A program made the translations under genes and the position numbers. Below are positions 25,701-40,600 of a stretch of 64,000 bases of DNA, one piece after another (positions within the stretch are counted from its first letter, which is position 1; every line of letters starts with the position of its first letter). Source of the DNA: Octopus vulgaris (lineage: Eukaryota); NCBI GenBank assembly GCA_951406725.2, contig OX597823.1, positions 23,870,001-23,934,000 of the forward strand, given 5' to 3'. The notes under the pieces are model-generated. The model did no database searches, was not told where the DNA came from, and worked only from the letters and a program-made list of their open reading frames with translations.

Positions 25701-28700
25701 ACACAAACAGTAACCAAATGTAGCTATAAAAAGTGGTGACCAACTATCCTGTCCCACTCAATATCTTTTCTTCCAAGTTTATCTCCTCATTCTTTCCCTC
25801 CTTCTAATACATGCAGCAATGATAAACATCTCTGTTTTCAATTACAGAATATGCACAAATAAACTGTGGAACTCCAAAAGATATTGCTAATGCATTGAAG
25901 TCTTATAAAACCTCCTCCTATAAAGCTGAAGTGACCTATACTTGCCCAAAGGGAGAAAAGTTAAAGTCAACATGTGAAAAGGACAACAAATGGACTCCAA
26001 TACCTTCCGCTTGTAAAGGTAATGTAAATAGCTTCTCTCCTGTTGTTTCGGTCTGTCTATTAATATTTGATTTTTGCATTAAATGTTTTTGTTAGCAGAA
26101 TACTGGCTGACTCCATGACAATTTCTGTAGTGTTTTTGGCTGGTGGGAGGAAGAGAAGGAGCTGTCCTCAGACCAGAGATCTCTCCATATGCTTGCAACA
26201 GAGTGAACTCCTTTAATACTAGCCAAGGGCCTAGTAATGCTGTTAAATTGGGTGATTTGAACTGATAGACTAAACAGCATGAATACCCACTGTAAAAGAA
26301 ATACACTTGACATGTAATTGTCCTCCTTCTCCTCCTCCTCATCGTCATCATCATCATCATAACTAATGCTCATTTTGCAAGCTAACCTGGGCTGAACAGT
26401 TTGACAGGTTTCAATGATATACAGATTGCATGAGGCCCAAATGTCACTTCTGGTATGGTTTCTGTTTCTTGTTGCACATCCTAGCACCAACCACTTTACA
26501 GTGTGTACTGGGTGGTGCGTTTTTTCATGAAACTGGCATTAGTGAGGTCAGCAAACAACTTGAAAGACAAAGTAAAAAGAGGAATAGGGCGAAAAGCTTC
26601 TCCGCCATGTTAATCTGTACTGGAGGGAGGAAAAATAGCATTATGCTAGGTGGTGTAGGTAAAAGTATGACAAAGGGACAAGCACAGGTATCTTGCTATA
26701 GAGGAAATACATGACCACCCCAGTTTTGCAAGGGTGGGTGAGGGTAGTTGGAAGGGAGAAAATGATGGTGGTGACATATATCCTGATCATACTTTCTAGG
26801 TACAAGAAGGTGAGTATCAGGAAGAATATAGCGAGGTGGAGAAAAAAGTGTGGATAAATTAATAAAAAGTATGGTGGGAGAGTTAAAAAAACAGTTAGAG
26901 ATTGGGCTATAGGTGGATGGAATGAGTGATGAGAAAGAGTGAAGCTGTGGTTGATGGAGGGGGAGGTAAGATATAGAAGTGGCGCAGGAAGCAGGAGGTG
27001 ACAAGCAGCAGCACAGGAGAAGTGAAGGGCAACAGTATCATATACGTTTTGACATGAGAAAGTAGGAAGATAATGTGCAGGTGTTAGATTGTTGGAAGGT
27101 GGGTGAAGAGTGCGGCAAATATGGAGGTGGCTAATGTGAGTGGGACACCAAAGTTGGTGGGGCCATTGATAGTGAATATGAGAAAATACTGAGAATGATG
27201 ATACATAGGAAAGGTGTTAACCATGATGCATGGCAGACCTTTGATTTAGCTCAGAGTGGAAGGAGAGATTAATGAAAGCACAGAAAAGGAGTAATTGGTG
27301 GAAAGTAGTATGACAGGGATGATTATGAGAGTGAGATAACTGGTTGTGACAAAGTGAGGATGAAAAATGTGCTGATTCTGCATCTCAAATGATTTAAGCT
27401 GCTGAGTAGTGCCATGTACACACTGAAAATAAAGATGAGTATGTTTGCTGCAAACATCTCAGACAAGATTGTCGAGTGGCAGTTCTATGACTAGATTTTT
27501 ATCTTGAAGTGGTAGAACCATTTGGTAGCTTTGCAAAACCAAGTATTTAAGGAAGTTCACCATGGTATTCCCTGACCAAAAGTTTTTCAATTCAAATTTG
27601 TCAGTTAGTTTTCATTGATGTTCAGCGAAAACTGTTAGAATACTAGTGCTCTAACTCTCAATAGATTGCTAGAGTGGGATATCCACCAATTCTATTTATC
27701 CATGTCAGATTTCATCCAGTGTACTTCATCTTTTGTAATCCATAGGATTACATTAGACAATGTGGCCATCCCCTTTACATAAAATGGTGGTGTGTGATTG
27801 AGGGAGAGTTTGTTACTATTTCTATCATAAGGGCCTTCATAGTAACTACCTCATGACAAGTATTGAACTTTAATATTGCAATCTAACAAATCTGACATAG
27901 CTTATCCTCAGTTGCCTGGTTCAACATCACCACCTGGTCCTTCAGCTGGTCATAACAATGGTGATGAACGATACTTGCTCTAATGTTTATATACTCAGTA
28001 CAATATCAAGCGTTCATATTGAACCACAAATTTACTCAAGTTTGATATTTTGCGTTCAGATTGCTGTCAAATGTAATGTTTATTTCTTCACATTTAAAAA
28101 ACATTAAATTAATCATGCATCATCTTGTAGCTTGAAGTTTTCAATGATGTGATTATTTTGTTATAGAATGACATTGTAGGTTAGATATGAAAGGCTGGTT
28201 ATGGCTGATTTAATCATAAAGCAGGTAGAATATTTGGGCTGGATTAAATGCTAAAGGGTTAATCACAAGTGTAGGAAGGTTGGTTGCCTCAGAATTTCAT
28301 GTCATTGTTGTTTCTGTCATGGCTAGCTTATTAAAAAATCTAAATAAACTCATTGAATCAATTATGTATTCATTGTTTAGGGTGATGTATTCACAGAATC
28401 ATTCTAGCGTCAGACAAAATGTGTTGTATTTTTCTAAATCCTATTAATGTGGATTTTCCTCTTCCAGAGCCAATAAAATGTAGGGGCCATTTAAATTTTA
28501 TTGGTCCTTTTAGGGCCAAATTAATTGGCTCCTACCTCAAAATTTTGGTCTTCTCTCTATGTGAGAAATTAATAGTATTATTGTTAGTTTTCATTCTTCT
28601 CTATCTTATTTTGACTCTAGATGTTCAGATCCATTTTGTGAAAGTAAAAAATGCAGCTCTGGATGTAACAGGGAAAACATTATGGAGTAAGAAAAAAGTG

Positions 28701-31700
28701 ACAACAGATGCATGTGCTGAAAAATGTTTTTCTGACAAAACTTGTGCATCATTTGAAATATTAAAAACAAGTGGACTCTGTTACTTATTAAAACAAGCTG
28801 CAACATCCTCCAAAATAAAAACAGACCAAAGCAGAGATTACTACCAACGAGTAAAATGTAATTATTCTTTGTATTTTATTATTGGATTTCTCTTTTCTAT
28901 TTTTTTTCTGATATTTCTGATTCCATTCCTGCTTCATAATATATACGCAACCATCCCTTTAAAGGTATTAAGAGATTTACCAATAAGGGCAGACATAAAC
29001 ACATTGCTGCAAAAAAAAAAAAAGAAAGAAAGCAGTACAAGGAAGTGTAAATACTGTTAGAGTATTCCAATATGGCAAGTGTTTACCTTGAACACTTTTA
29101 ATGCTTATTTTCATTTTCTTTTATCTTCTTTGATGTTCTTTTACATGTTTGAATCATTGAACAGTGGACATGCTGGGACAATGTCTTGAAAGGTTCATTT
29201 GAATAAATCAAATCCAGTACTCATTTTTTAAAAAACCTGGTACTTATTTTATCATTCTGGTTTGCTGGGATGTAAATAAGCTGACACCAGCAGTGACAGT
29301 GGGGTTTAAACACAGATGCACTCACACTTACACACACATGTACACTTGTAAATAAATAGATACATTGATACAGATTTAAGCACATAAATATGTATGTGAA
29401 TATATATATATATACATATATATAGTAAGAGAAGGGATATAATATCCAGACAGATACCAAATTTCTCTCTGTAAAATGTCAAGGCTGGTTCCTTCAGGTG
29501 GTGCATTTTATGGTAAACTTCCTTTAACTCCCATTTCAAGTTATAGTTTATTCCTTGGCTATTTAGAGTGTAAAGTACAATATTGATAAAAAAGAGAATG
29601 AAGAATATGAACATTCAAACTTTATTTATTTCCAGTTAGCTTATTCATAATAATTGTCTGATATGTGTTTCGATTGTACTAATTGGATATTGTTGCACAT
29701 TTATATGCAGTGATTTATGCATTATTAGTATGATCTCTTCAGGATATATAAATATGACATTGTTTGAAGAGTAATTTTCCTCTGTTTTTAGTTTGAATTA
29801 GGCTTGGTAGTAGTTGCTATTATTCGTTAGCTTCTTGTGCTTGTGGTTAGACATCAGTCATTCATTATGGTTTATAGCTTTTGATTTATATATATATATA
29901 TATATATATCCATTTTGCAGGGATGTAAACAAGCTAACACCTGTTGTCCAACATCAGCGTTGGTGGTGGTGGGGATCAAACACAGTCGCACACACCCACA
30001 CTTATACACACATGCTCGCTCACACAGAAGACATGCCTGTATACAACAACAACCGTGATTTCACTTAGCTTGATGTGTTTTCTCAAGCACAGCAACCTGC
30101 CAGGAGTCTTGATCCCCTGTCATCCCCTCTGTGGGTTCCTATATCTGTAGATCCTTTCTCACCTCTTTGTTCCTTCTGCAATTAGAGATCAGTACTTCTT
30201 GATGCAACTTCATTCATACACATTACATGATTGCACCAGCACAGTCTTCTCTCTCTTACACTATATTTGATACCTTGTGTACCCCGTTTTTCTCTCAAAT
30301 CACTTACACTCTGTTGTATATGCACACTGACATTACCCATCCAGTGGAGAATACTGGCTTATTTTCTTTCAAGCCTTTGCATATCCTCAGTAGTTACAGC
30401 CCATGTCACACTGTCAGGTAGCATAGCTGTTCATACACTGGCATCATACACTATATCTTTCACACTGAAAGGGAAGCCCTTTGTTACTAACAGAGAGAGT
30501 AGCTCTCTGAAGTTTGCCCATCCTATTCTTATTCTAGTAGATATATTTTGAGAACTTCCTCCACTACTACTAACTTGGTCATGTAAGTAACAAAAATTGT
30601 CTACTACTTCTAAGGATTCCCCCTGACATTTCAGCGAGTCTGGTTTTTGGTCATTCCTGGTGTTTAATATTCCTGCAAACATACCACATATAAAGACTAC
30701 TTTCTCTGTTAGTCTTCCGGTGATACTGCTGCACCTCTTATGTGTCCAAAGCTTGCACTGAGTACACCTTACGGAGTTTCTCCCAACACCTTTTCCACAT
30801 ATCATCAGCAATTTGTTTTCCTACTTATCAAGACTTTAGTCTTTGCGAAATGAACTCTAGGGCTCTTTAACTCCAGTCTGTGCTTCCATACCTGAAATTT
30901 TTTCTCTAGATCTGGTTGTGATTCAGCAATAAGAACAAGGTTATCAACACAGGAGCTCCCAATGCAGTCAGTCTTAAATTATCATAAATAAGAGGAGGCT
31001 AAGAACTGCTCCCTGGTGGACTCCTACTTGTACACTAAACTTTTTGATATACTCATTGGCAACTCTCACCTTACTGACTACATCCTTGTACATTGTTTAT
31101 ACAGCTCTTACCAACTACTCATCTATCCATAGCTTCTGCATTGCTTACCAAATAGGTTAGTGGAAGACCCTGTCAAAGGTTTTCTCCATCTCTTAAAAAG
31201 CTAGATACTGAGGTTTATATTTGGCCAAGTATTTCTCCTGCTGGGTCTTCTCAAGCATAGCATATCTCCAATGGTCTCTATGAGGTCCAACGTTTGAAGG
31301 TCGTGCTTCACCATCTCATCACAGGTCTTACTGGGTTTACCACTTCCACAGGTTCTCTCCACTGTTAGGGTGTGACACTTCTTCAAACAGCTGTCCTCAT
31401 CCATACACAGCACATGACCATACCAGCACAGCTGTCTCTCTTGCATTCCATGTCTGATGTTTCTTACACTCTCCTATTTCCATGAAGAAGGAAAGATTTG
31501 ATATGAACATTATATGACAATGAGGTAGTTAATGCTTTTGAAACTATTGTCTACATGTAGCCTTTAGTCACTCGCAAAATATTCTCCAGAATGTCATGTT
31601 AGACATCCCTAAGTAACCATGAATATTTTGATACATTTCTGCCTGATATCTTATATCAGATCCACTGTAACCTTGCTTCTTCAGTTTTGGAATACATATC

Positions 31701-34575
31701 ATAGTAATATTCCTGAGCTAAACAATCTGAGAAGTGAAGGAAAGGAAAATCATGTTATCAAACTATGAGTCTATATTTATAAAATCCATCTGTGATATTT
31801 TATGACACTTACATCCAATGTCAAAAGTTGTGTTGACTCCTCATCTCTGATCACCAATTGGAAATAGCAATGGGAATTGCTGTGACTCATAATTTGGATG
31901 TATTGAATTGATTGTTTGAAGAGGAAATTCACCAGGAACACAGCTTTTATGCAGCCTCAGAAATCATTGTGGTTGTTCTGTTTCCAAATTCATATCTGGC
32001 ATAATTACTGCAACTTCTGTGGCTGGACAATTATAAGTTTGGTTACCAGCTGTAGGAATGTATTTGTTATTCTGGAATAAATATTCTGTGCTGTTGTTGA
32101 TGAGCTCATCTTCGAAGCTGACAGAGTTGTTGTTACTGCAACACTATGAACAAAAATGTTGAATAGAATTCATGATGCTCATTTTGGAGTGACAAAGTGC
32201 ATACTCAGAGCTAAAGATGTTATCTTTTGGCAAGGAATTACTGTACAAATTGAAGAATTTGTATCACGATGTTCTGTGTGCAGTGAAAACAGAATGAGTA
32301 ATCCAAAACAACCAACAAAGAGTCATGAAATTCCTGATCAGCCGTGGACCAAAGATGGAGCTGATTTGTTTGTGTACAAGAACAATGACTACCTGGTGGT
32401 GTGGACTATTTCTCAAATACCACAAAATTGTGAAATTGTCTGATCTATCAAGTAAAAAGAGAAGCATAGCAGTGAAATTTGTTAGCATCCCAGATGAGCG
32501 CATGAGAGATAATGGACTGCAGTTTATGAGTGCAGAGTTCCTTAACTTTGGTCTTAAATGGGACTTCAAACACACATCGAGTCTGACATTCCCACAATCA
32601 AACAGACAAGGTGAGCGTACAGTTTAGACAGTAAAATATCTGCTCAAGAAAACGGAAGCTAGTGGCTGAGATGTCTACTTAGCTCTATTTGAGTACAGAA
32701 AAGCACTGGTTGACTGCTCAAATGCTAATGACACAGCGTCTGATACCTTGCTGAAACCTCGGGTACAGGGCCAGAAACAACTACATGAACAGCTGAAAGC
32801 ATGTCAGGACCAGCAAAAGTATACTGCAACAGAGGTAATAGAGAGTTACCTCCCTTGACTCCCGGACAGCAAGTCAGGATTCAAGAATGGAATCCTGGAG
32901 TTGTCAAATTAGCTGATGATGCGCCAAGATCCTACAATATAACGACGTCAAATGGAAGACAGTATCAATGAAATTACAGTCATCTCTGGACAGCTGCTGA
33001 GAATCCAACAGCTCAGCCAAATGGAGAATGTGAAAAGATTATGAACTGTGATACATATGTGTCTGAGACAACAGACACTCTCTGTAATTGAACTACAAGA
33101 TCCAGACAAAATATCAACATGCCAGAATGATATCAAGATTGATATCAAGAACTTTTGAATTTCAGTTTCAACAAGTTGAACTATGTTAATTGCTAGAAAG
33201 CATATTTCATTATTTTTTCCTGTTTGAAGTTAAAGAAGATATATTCATGGACTTAGAAGAAAGTTGCTTTATCAGAATATTAATTGATATATAATTGAGT
33301 TTATTTGAAGCTGATAATTTAATTTCCATTGCCATAGCTTAAATTTTGTGTGTATATTGACTACAATAATACTTCTTACAATGTTTGTAAAGAAGGGAGA
33401 TGTAATGAAAGTCACTTTACATTAAGATGTGCACACAAAGTGTGATGTCATGAGTTTGTGATGTATGACGTAACAGATACACATAGTGATGGCTGTGCCC
33501 TGTGTCATGCCATAGTTTTCAGTCGAGGCCTATGGTTAATTTCCAGAAACCACTGGCTTGACACCCCCATCCTCGCCCTTGTGGCAAATAAATGAAATTA
33601 TTATTATTATTAATCCTCATGAGTTATTGTTGTTGTCATCATCATTATTATTATTTCATAGATATTTTAAAAGTATTAGATGATTATGTAGAAGTACAAG
33701 TAATTGTGATTTTGAATAAAATATGAGAAAGCTATCTCATGCTTTGTTGTTTAAAGGGACAAACAAATCAATCCACGAAATAGATTTTCAGCATAAGACA
33801 CCCTTCTCAGAATTAATGTGAATTCTAGTACATCATAAGACATGCTTCACACTTTATCTCAGAGCTTAGGTTGTTCATACTCCATTTGTATATCTCTCTC
33901 CCCATGGTGTGTTTTGTTGAAGACTGAATGGCCATAGCAACACTTGATACATGGGTTGACCACCTGTTTAGGGGAGTGTTGACCCTACAAAATTACATCA
34001 TTTAAAGGGAGCTGTACCAATGTATTGTAGAAGCACAAGTGTTGTCTGGAGCCTAAGTATTGTGACAAGGTTTCAAATAAGTCTGAAGATGTTCAACTCA
34101 TATGCATTCTGATTTGCATGTCATTTTGTCAATCAATTATTTGTTGATAATAAATTATCCATTTACAAACTTATATCCTGCTTGCTTTACAATATTTGAG
34201 TGTGGGTGTATTTGGGGAAATGAATGAGCATAAAATGTATCTCTTGGTTTCTTTTTCTTTTACCAGCTGACAAGCCCTTGAAGCTTAAGAAAGTTAATTT
34301 ACCAAAGACGGTTATTTTAAAACAGCTTAAAGATAAGTCCTTAAATGAGTGCAATGAAGCTTGTCAACAATACGAAGGATGTAATTCTTATGAGTACAAT
34401 GACCAGGATAAACTGTGTGGTCTAAGCAATGTGACACAATTGACTAGTGAACTTAAACCCAACACTGGAAATTGGGATGTTTATATCATTAATCCAGGTC
34501 AGTAGAGTGTTTCTATTTTATATATGTGTGCTTACATCTGTGTGTATTTACATTTATGCATCTGTAGGAAGATAT

Positions 34576-34606
<31 letters not shown>

Positions 34607-37600
34607 CATATAGCTGAAATTTATAGAAAAACAAAAGACAAAGTGAGGTGTATGAACAACAAGCAGATGTATTAGTTTGATGCTCGGGAAAATGAAAATG
34701 TCTTTTATGTTTCGAGTCTATGCTCTTCAGCAGAAAGGAATAAGAGAAAATAAACAGAGAGAGAAGGAAAAAGCTTGTAGATTTAGCGGTCAAGCATGGC
34801 AACTGATTAGAAAAAAGTTTGAAAGAAGAGGTTGGAAGAAAGAGGGATGATAAAGTGATGGTGATCCCACATGAAGGTGTGCATGCATGTGTGTGTGGAG
34901 TGGGATGGTAGCAGTGAAGAGAGGAGGTGGGTAGGAGTGAAGGGAGGAACTAGGTATCAGATGAAGAGAAGAGGGGAGTTGATCCCATGTGGTGCAAAGA
35001 GAGAAGATTAGTTCCTGTTCATGGTGAAGGCAGGATTCTGGATGGCACCTGTGCAAAGACAGTCTAAACACAGAAAAGTGGTGTAGTGATTGACCGGAAT
35101 ATATATATATATGTATGTATGGAAGTGAGTCATCTAAGAGACCATAAATCAGGGAGAAGATGCACTCTTATAACTGTCAGTAGAGTGGGTATATTATCGT
35201 AATGTTATAGTATTAAGTATCCATCACAGCTGGTCTTACCAATCAGTTTCTCATAAAGAATACAAAGGCGTGTTAGATGACAATCCAATTATATAACACT
35301 GCACTCATCAGAGATAGCTGATGTAAAAGGGAAAATGGTGACTGCTCTCTATTGTTGGAGTTTGATTAGCACAACTGGTCAGTAGATGCTGTGAAAAATG
35401 TGGTGGAACAAAAAAGGGTCCCGAGGATTGTGCTTAGAGTGAAGATGGCAAGAAATATCTTGAAGTAGGGAAAGTGTGTATCATTAATGTGGTGTCCCAG
35501 TGGAGATGGGGTGGGTGGTATGTATAACAGTGTCATACGTATAGTTCTTTCTGGGGATGGGAGTGTATATAGCTGTGTTCTTTTCAGAAGTAAACAGACC
35601 AAAGCACATGGCTATATATGCCTACATCCCTGGGAAAAAAACTATACCTATGACACTACTATATTTACTACACATCCCATCCCTGCAGGGACACCACATT
35701 CATGATACACACTTCCCCTACTTCAAGATAACTCTTCCCACTTTCACAGCATACCAAACCAAGGGACATAACTCCTAGCCTAATGCTCTGGACCCTTTTA
35801 TGTTTCACTAGTTTTTCCACAGAAGCTGCTGACCTGTTGTGCTAATCCACCTCCAACAATAGATAGCAGCCGCCATATTCCCTTCCATATCAGCTACCTC
35901 TGATGAGCATAGAGTTATATAATTGGATTGTTACCTAACACTCCATTGTATTCTTAATGCTAAACCAATTGGTAAGATCAGCCATGATAGATATATACAT
36001 AGAGAGAGAGTGAGAGAGAGATATCTCTTAATATATACACAGTATTTAAATGTGAGTTAGTTCTGGTTTGAAGGTCAGATTTAAATACTGTTATATTAAA
36101 TTTTATTTACCTCTCACTGGATGGAAGATATTATTTCTTGATCCTACTAATAATGGAACTCTAAACTATAAATATTTGTATATACACATATACATACATA
36201 TATATAAATTTGTTGTTGAAAATGCACCTAAATTTGAAAAACTTGTAATTGTTTTTGAATAACTTTATTTACATACATATCAAACTAGTTTCAACAATAT
36301 TTTTTGTTTATCAATGATAAAAATTTTAAATTGCAAAGTTGAAAAACATGTTTTAAAAAATCATTGTTTACAAAATTTAATAATATCAAGTATGATTTAA
36401 ATGTTCACAACATTCAATAATATAAAAAAATGTGGATCATCTTGTTTAGATGCACAAAATTCAATAGTGATAGAAGTGATCAATAAGAAATGTAGATCAC
36501 CAAAGGTTCGGACATACTGAGTTAAGATGGAGAAGAACAAGGGAGAAATGAAGATAGTAAAAAAGGGTTGATTCTTTTTTTCCATCATGTGCTGTGATTT
36601 TTGCTTGCAATGTTGTTTTGGAATCTAGTGTACATGTAGTATATGTAATTTTTTCCATGGATGGATCTGATTTTTGATTTGCTAAAGTACAGATGAAATC
36701 TTATTTTTCTGGTGGTCAAATTTGTCGTTCTTCCTGGTTAACTTCCCTGTGAGGAGTGGTCATCAGCCTGTTCCAGTTGGTTGATTCTCTTAAGGGCTCA
36801 TTTTGTTATATTTACTGAAGTTTGGTTTTGATTGGTGATAAAATTTATTGGACTAGAGTTAGGTGACGTCAGCAACTGGTGTTTATATGGTGTATTTGTA
36901 TGGTGATTTGGAGTGGCAGTTTCAAAACCTGAATGGGAGATTTACTAATATTTTTTGGAATTATATCTGTTGTATCTGGTTGTTTTTTTTTTGTGGAGCA
37001 ATTGGATCTTTTTACCTTTTTCTTTTTAATGTTTATTCTTCTTGCTAAAGAATATACAGCTGTGGTTTATATTTTTTAATGAGCATGCTTTCCTTATTCA
37101 AACGGAATTGGATTGAAGTGTTTCTGGTGCATTGATAGAGGAAAGATTTGGTATTTTGGTTTATGTTTGCAGGGCATTGGTCTAGGTCTTTGCTTAGGGA
37201 AATTTTCCTGGTCATGTGCTCCCAGATTTGTTGCCTGTGTACCATCAGTCTGTCCCTCAAGGTCAAACTAGTTTGGCCTATGTAGTCTTCATCACACCCT
37301 CTACATTTGAGAACATGGATTATGTTCTTCAATGTACAGGGCAGTGATTTTTTTTATGGTAAAAGTTTGACCTGACTTAAATTTGTAAGTTGAAGCCTCC
37401 AAGAGGAGGATGTAAGTCCCGCAGTTAGTGCAGTTGCACTTTTTGACTAGTGGGGACTAGTATTTTTGATGGGTAATTTGGCACTGGTGAATAACTTTTA
37501 TAGGAATTGTGGTATTAGCACCTGTTAAAAATATGCTTTGCCTAAGTTTGTTGAGAAATTTCAAGAGACTGGTTCCACTGCTGATTGACCTGGACATGGC

Positions 37601-40600
37601 TGAAAAAGAAGTGTGTGGACCTTTCAGCTTATCAAGAGTACTAGAGAAAAGAAAATGCAAAATCCTCATCGTTCTGTTGGAAAACTGGCTGCCACAGTAT
37701 AAATAAGCTGAACATTGATGTATGCCTACAAGATGATCCACTGTCATTATCTCATGCAAGTTCATAAGGCTGTGAAACTGGAGAGAAGTCATCTTATCCT
37801 CTATCTGTTTGCTGAAGTTATGCTGCCCAACCTAGTGTTCACTGATGAAAAGAAATCTGACATTGATCTGACAGTAAACCACCAGAAAGACCAGTTTTGG
37901 AGTGTATCTGGCTCTGTCAAGGGTAGACTCATAAATCAATGTCAAAATCCACAGTCAGTTTGGGCAGCTGTGACAGCCACTGGAAGGTCTTCCCCCATTT
38001 TTGTGTCCTCGGGTGTTTAAATTAATATCCAGCAATACATTAACAGCATTATGGAAGCTGAACTGCTTTCATTGGCAAATGAGCACTTTCAAGGTCTGCC
38101 TTGGAGCCTCCAACAGGACTTGGCATCATCCCACAGCTCCAAACCGATACAACACTTGATTCAGAAAAGCGTTCCATTGTACATAGGCAAAGATGCATGG
38201 CACTCAAGACACCCTGATCTCAATCTGTTGGATTTTTCTGTTTGATCCATTTTGGAGAAGAGGGTCTCAAGTACTCTTCATGCTTTGCTTGATGCTCTGA
38301 AAGCAAAACTGTGCCAGCAATGCAATTTGATTCTGCATGAACAGCTGCGTGTTGTGTATGAAGCATTTGCACCTAGTCTTAAGGCTGTGATTTGAAACAT
38401 AGGCAGTCATATCAAATAAATGTGGTAGTGTCATAATTGTGTTTCCTTTACAATTGCATTGTAATGCTCAAACCCAAAATATAACAATATTTTGCTTTGG
38501 TATGTATGTATGTATGTGTGGATATATATTTATATATAGAGAGAGTTACCAAAAAATGTATACACACTTCAGGAAAGGAAAAATCTGTATAAATATTTAA
38601 CTTGAATAAATAACTTTTTTGATGTTTTATAAATTGTGATAACACTGTTTACTGTAGAATTATATTTTCTCAACAGGTAGTGTTACACTCATGACTTTAG
38701 CATCAGCAAGTGACGTCAACAATTATTGTTAGAGGAATGTAAGATTATTTTCATGTGGTATTTCAAATTCGAGAATGTTGTTGAAGTTCAAAAACATTGG
38801 AGCTGTAAGTCTGGAATAAAACCTTCAACACATTTTCACAGATTTGTGTTAAGTTCAAAGCACATGGTATTGTGTATGATGTGTGTAAAGGAAAATCCAG
38901 AGCAAAGTGGAAAGCTTACATCCCAAGATTATTACGTGCAATTAATGAAGACATTCCAGATTGAAGAATCCAGTCTTGTATGTAATTTCAACACATGGTA
39001 GGCTAAGATGAAGAGCTGATGAGAAAGATTGTGTGGTCTATTGAAACACATTTTAAGTTAAATGGAGCAGCAAACTGACATAATTATGTTTACTGATCAT
39101 CAGAAATTACTCCTGTGCATGTGGACAAAAAGCAGTCAATTTACCGGGTGTTGATGTCTATTGTGGAGTGTGAGTTAGAAGTTTAATAGAACCATTTTTC
39201 TTTGAAGGTACAGTTACTGGTCAGGCATACTTAGGCATGCTGTGCACACCCATCTTACCTACCATACATAAACTTTATGGAAATGATGAAGTATTCTTTC
39301 ATAAAAAATTATGCACCACCACACTACCGTCAAGATGTGTAAGCTAATCTCAATGAAAATTTGCAAGGACACATGCTAGGATGAAGAGATGCAGTTGAGT
39401 TCTCCTCACATTCTCCTTATTTAACACCTGTAGACTTTTTACTATGGGGGACAATAAAGGATGTTGTGTAGCAGAGAAAACCGAAAAACTAAGACATGAA
39501 ATTGAAAATTCATGTACAGCAATTTAAGTGTTGCCCAAGCAGTAACTTGCCATACACCACTTTGAGCACCTCTTAGAGTCAAAAGGTAACTTGTATTAAT
39601 CTCTTAATGTTTGAATAAATTTAGTACTAAAATATTTAAGGCCAGGGACATATGAGTGGTTGATGAGAGTTGTACAAGCCATCAGTTCTCAGTCCTTTCT
39701 TGTTTGTTATAGTCCTTCAGGCCATAACTGAGTAATTTGATACTGGCTCTTGGGAGTTCATCTATGCTGATGAACTTGTTTTTATTGTTGAATCACTACA
39801 AAAGCTAAAGAAAAAAATTCAGATGTGGATGCAAGATTTAAAAGGGCCTTAGAGTTAATTTAGCAAAGACTATAGTCCTTGTAAGTAAGAAGACAGACAA
39901 CAAATCACTGATCCCTACAGAGAGATGGCCCTGCTCAATATGTAAGAAAGTTATCAGTAGAAACTCCACACTGTATATCCTGATATCCAGTGCAAATCAT
40001 GGAAACATAAGAAGTGCTGCAGATGCTGGTGGATTAACTGAGAAAGCAGTCTGTACATGTGATAGATGTGCATGTACATTAAATACCAGGGGTGTATAGA
40101 AAATAGATTCCCTCAAATGTCTGAGGGGATCCTTAGAAGTAGTAGATCGTTTCTTCTACTTTGGTGACCAAGGTAGTTGTGGAGTAGGTAGTTCTGAAAG
40201 CGTAGTTACTAAAATAAGAATGGGATGAGCAAAATTCAGAGAACTACTACTTCTTTTAGTAACAAAGGGTCTCTCCCTCAAAGTGAAAGACAGATTTTAT
40301 GATGCCTGTGTATGAACAGTTATGCCACACAGCAGTGAGACATGGACTATGACTACAGAGGACATGCGAAGGCTTGGAAGAAACAAAGCCAATCTGCTCT
40401 GCTGGATGGGTAAAGTCAGTGTGCATGTATGACAGAGAATAAGTGATTTGAGATAAATATTGGGTATACAGGCTATCATATGTAGTGTGCAAAAGAGAAA
40501 ACTGTGCTAGTATTGTCATGTGATGTGTGTAGATGAGGACATACTAGAGAGATAAAGTACACATTGGAAGGCCATATATGTTCCAGAAAAACTCTACTCA

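Larger units (their letters stand above)
35217..35994. repeat. Old diverged palindrome (about 780 bp, centre near 35595) from a Penelope-like terminal repeat
   Basis: The arms align by eye over most of their length, e.g. tgaagtagggaaagtgtgtatca versus tgatacacacttcccctacttca. Confidence 0.8.

Noticed and set aside
28851-28857. Alternative donor CGA|GTAAAA 7 nt upstream in A2, A3 and A4
   Set aside because: It would be phase 0 and frameshift the next exon, and it is absent in A1; the T|GTAATT donor is shared by all four.
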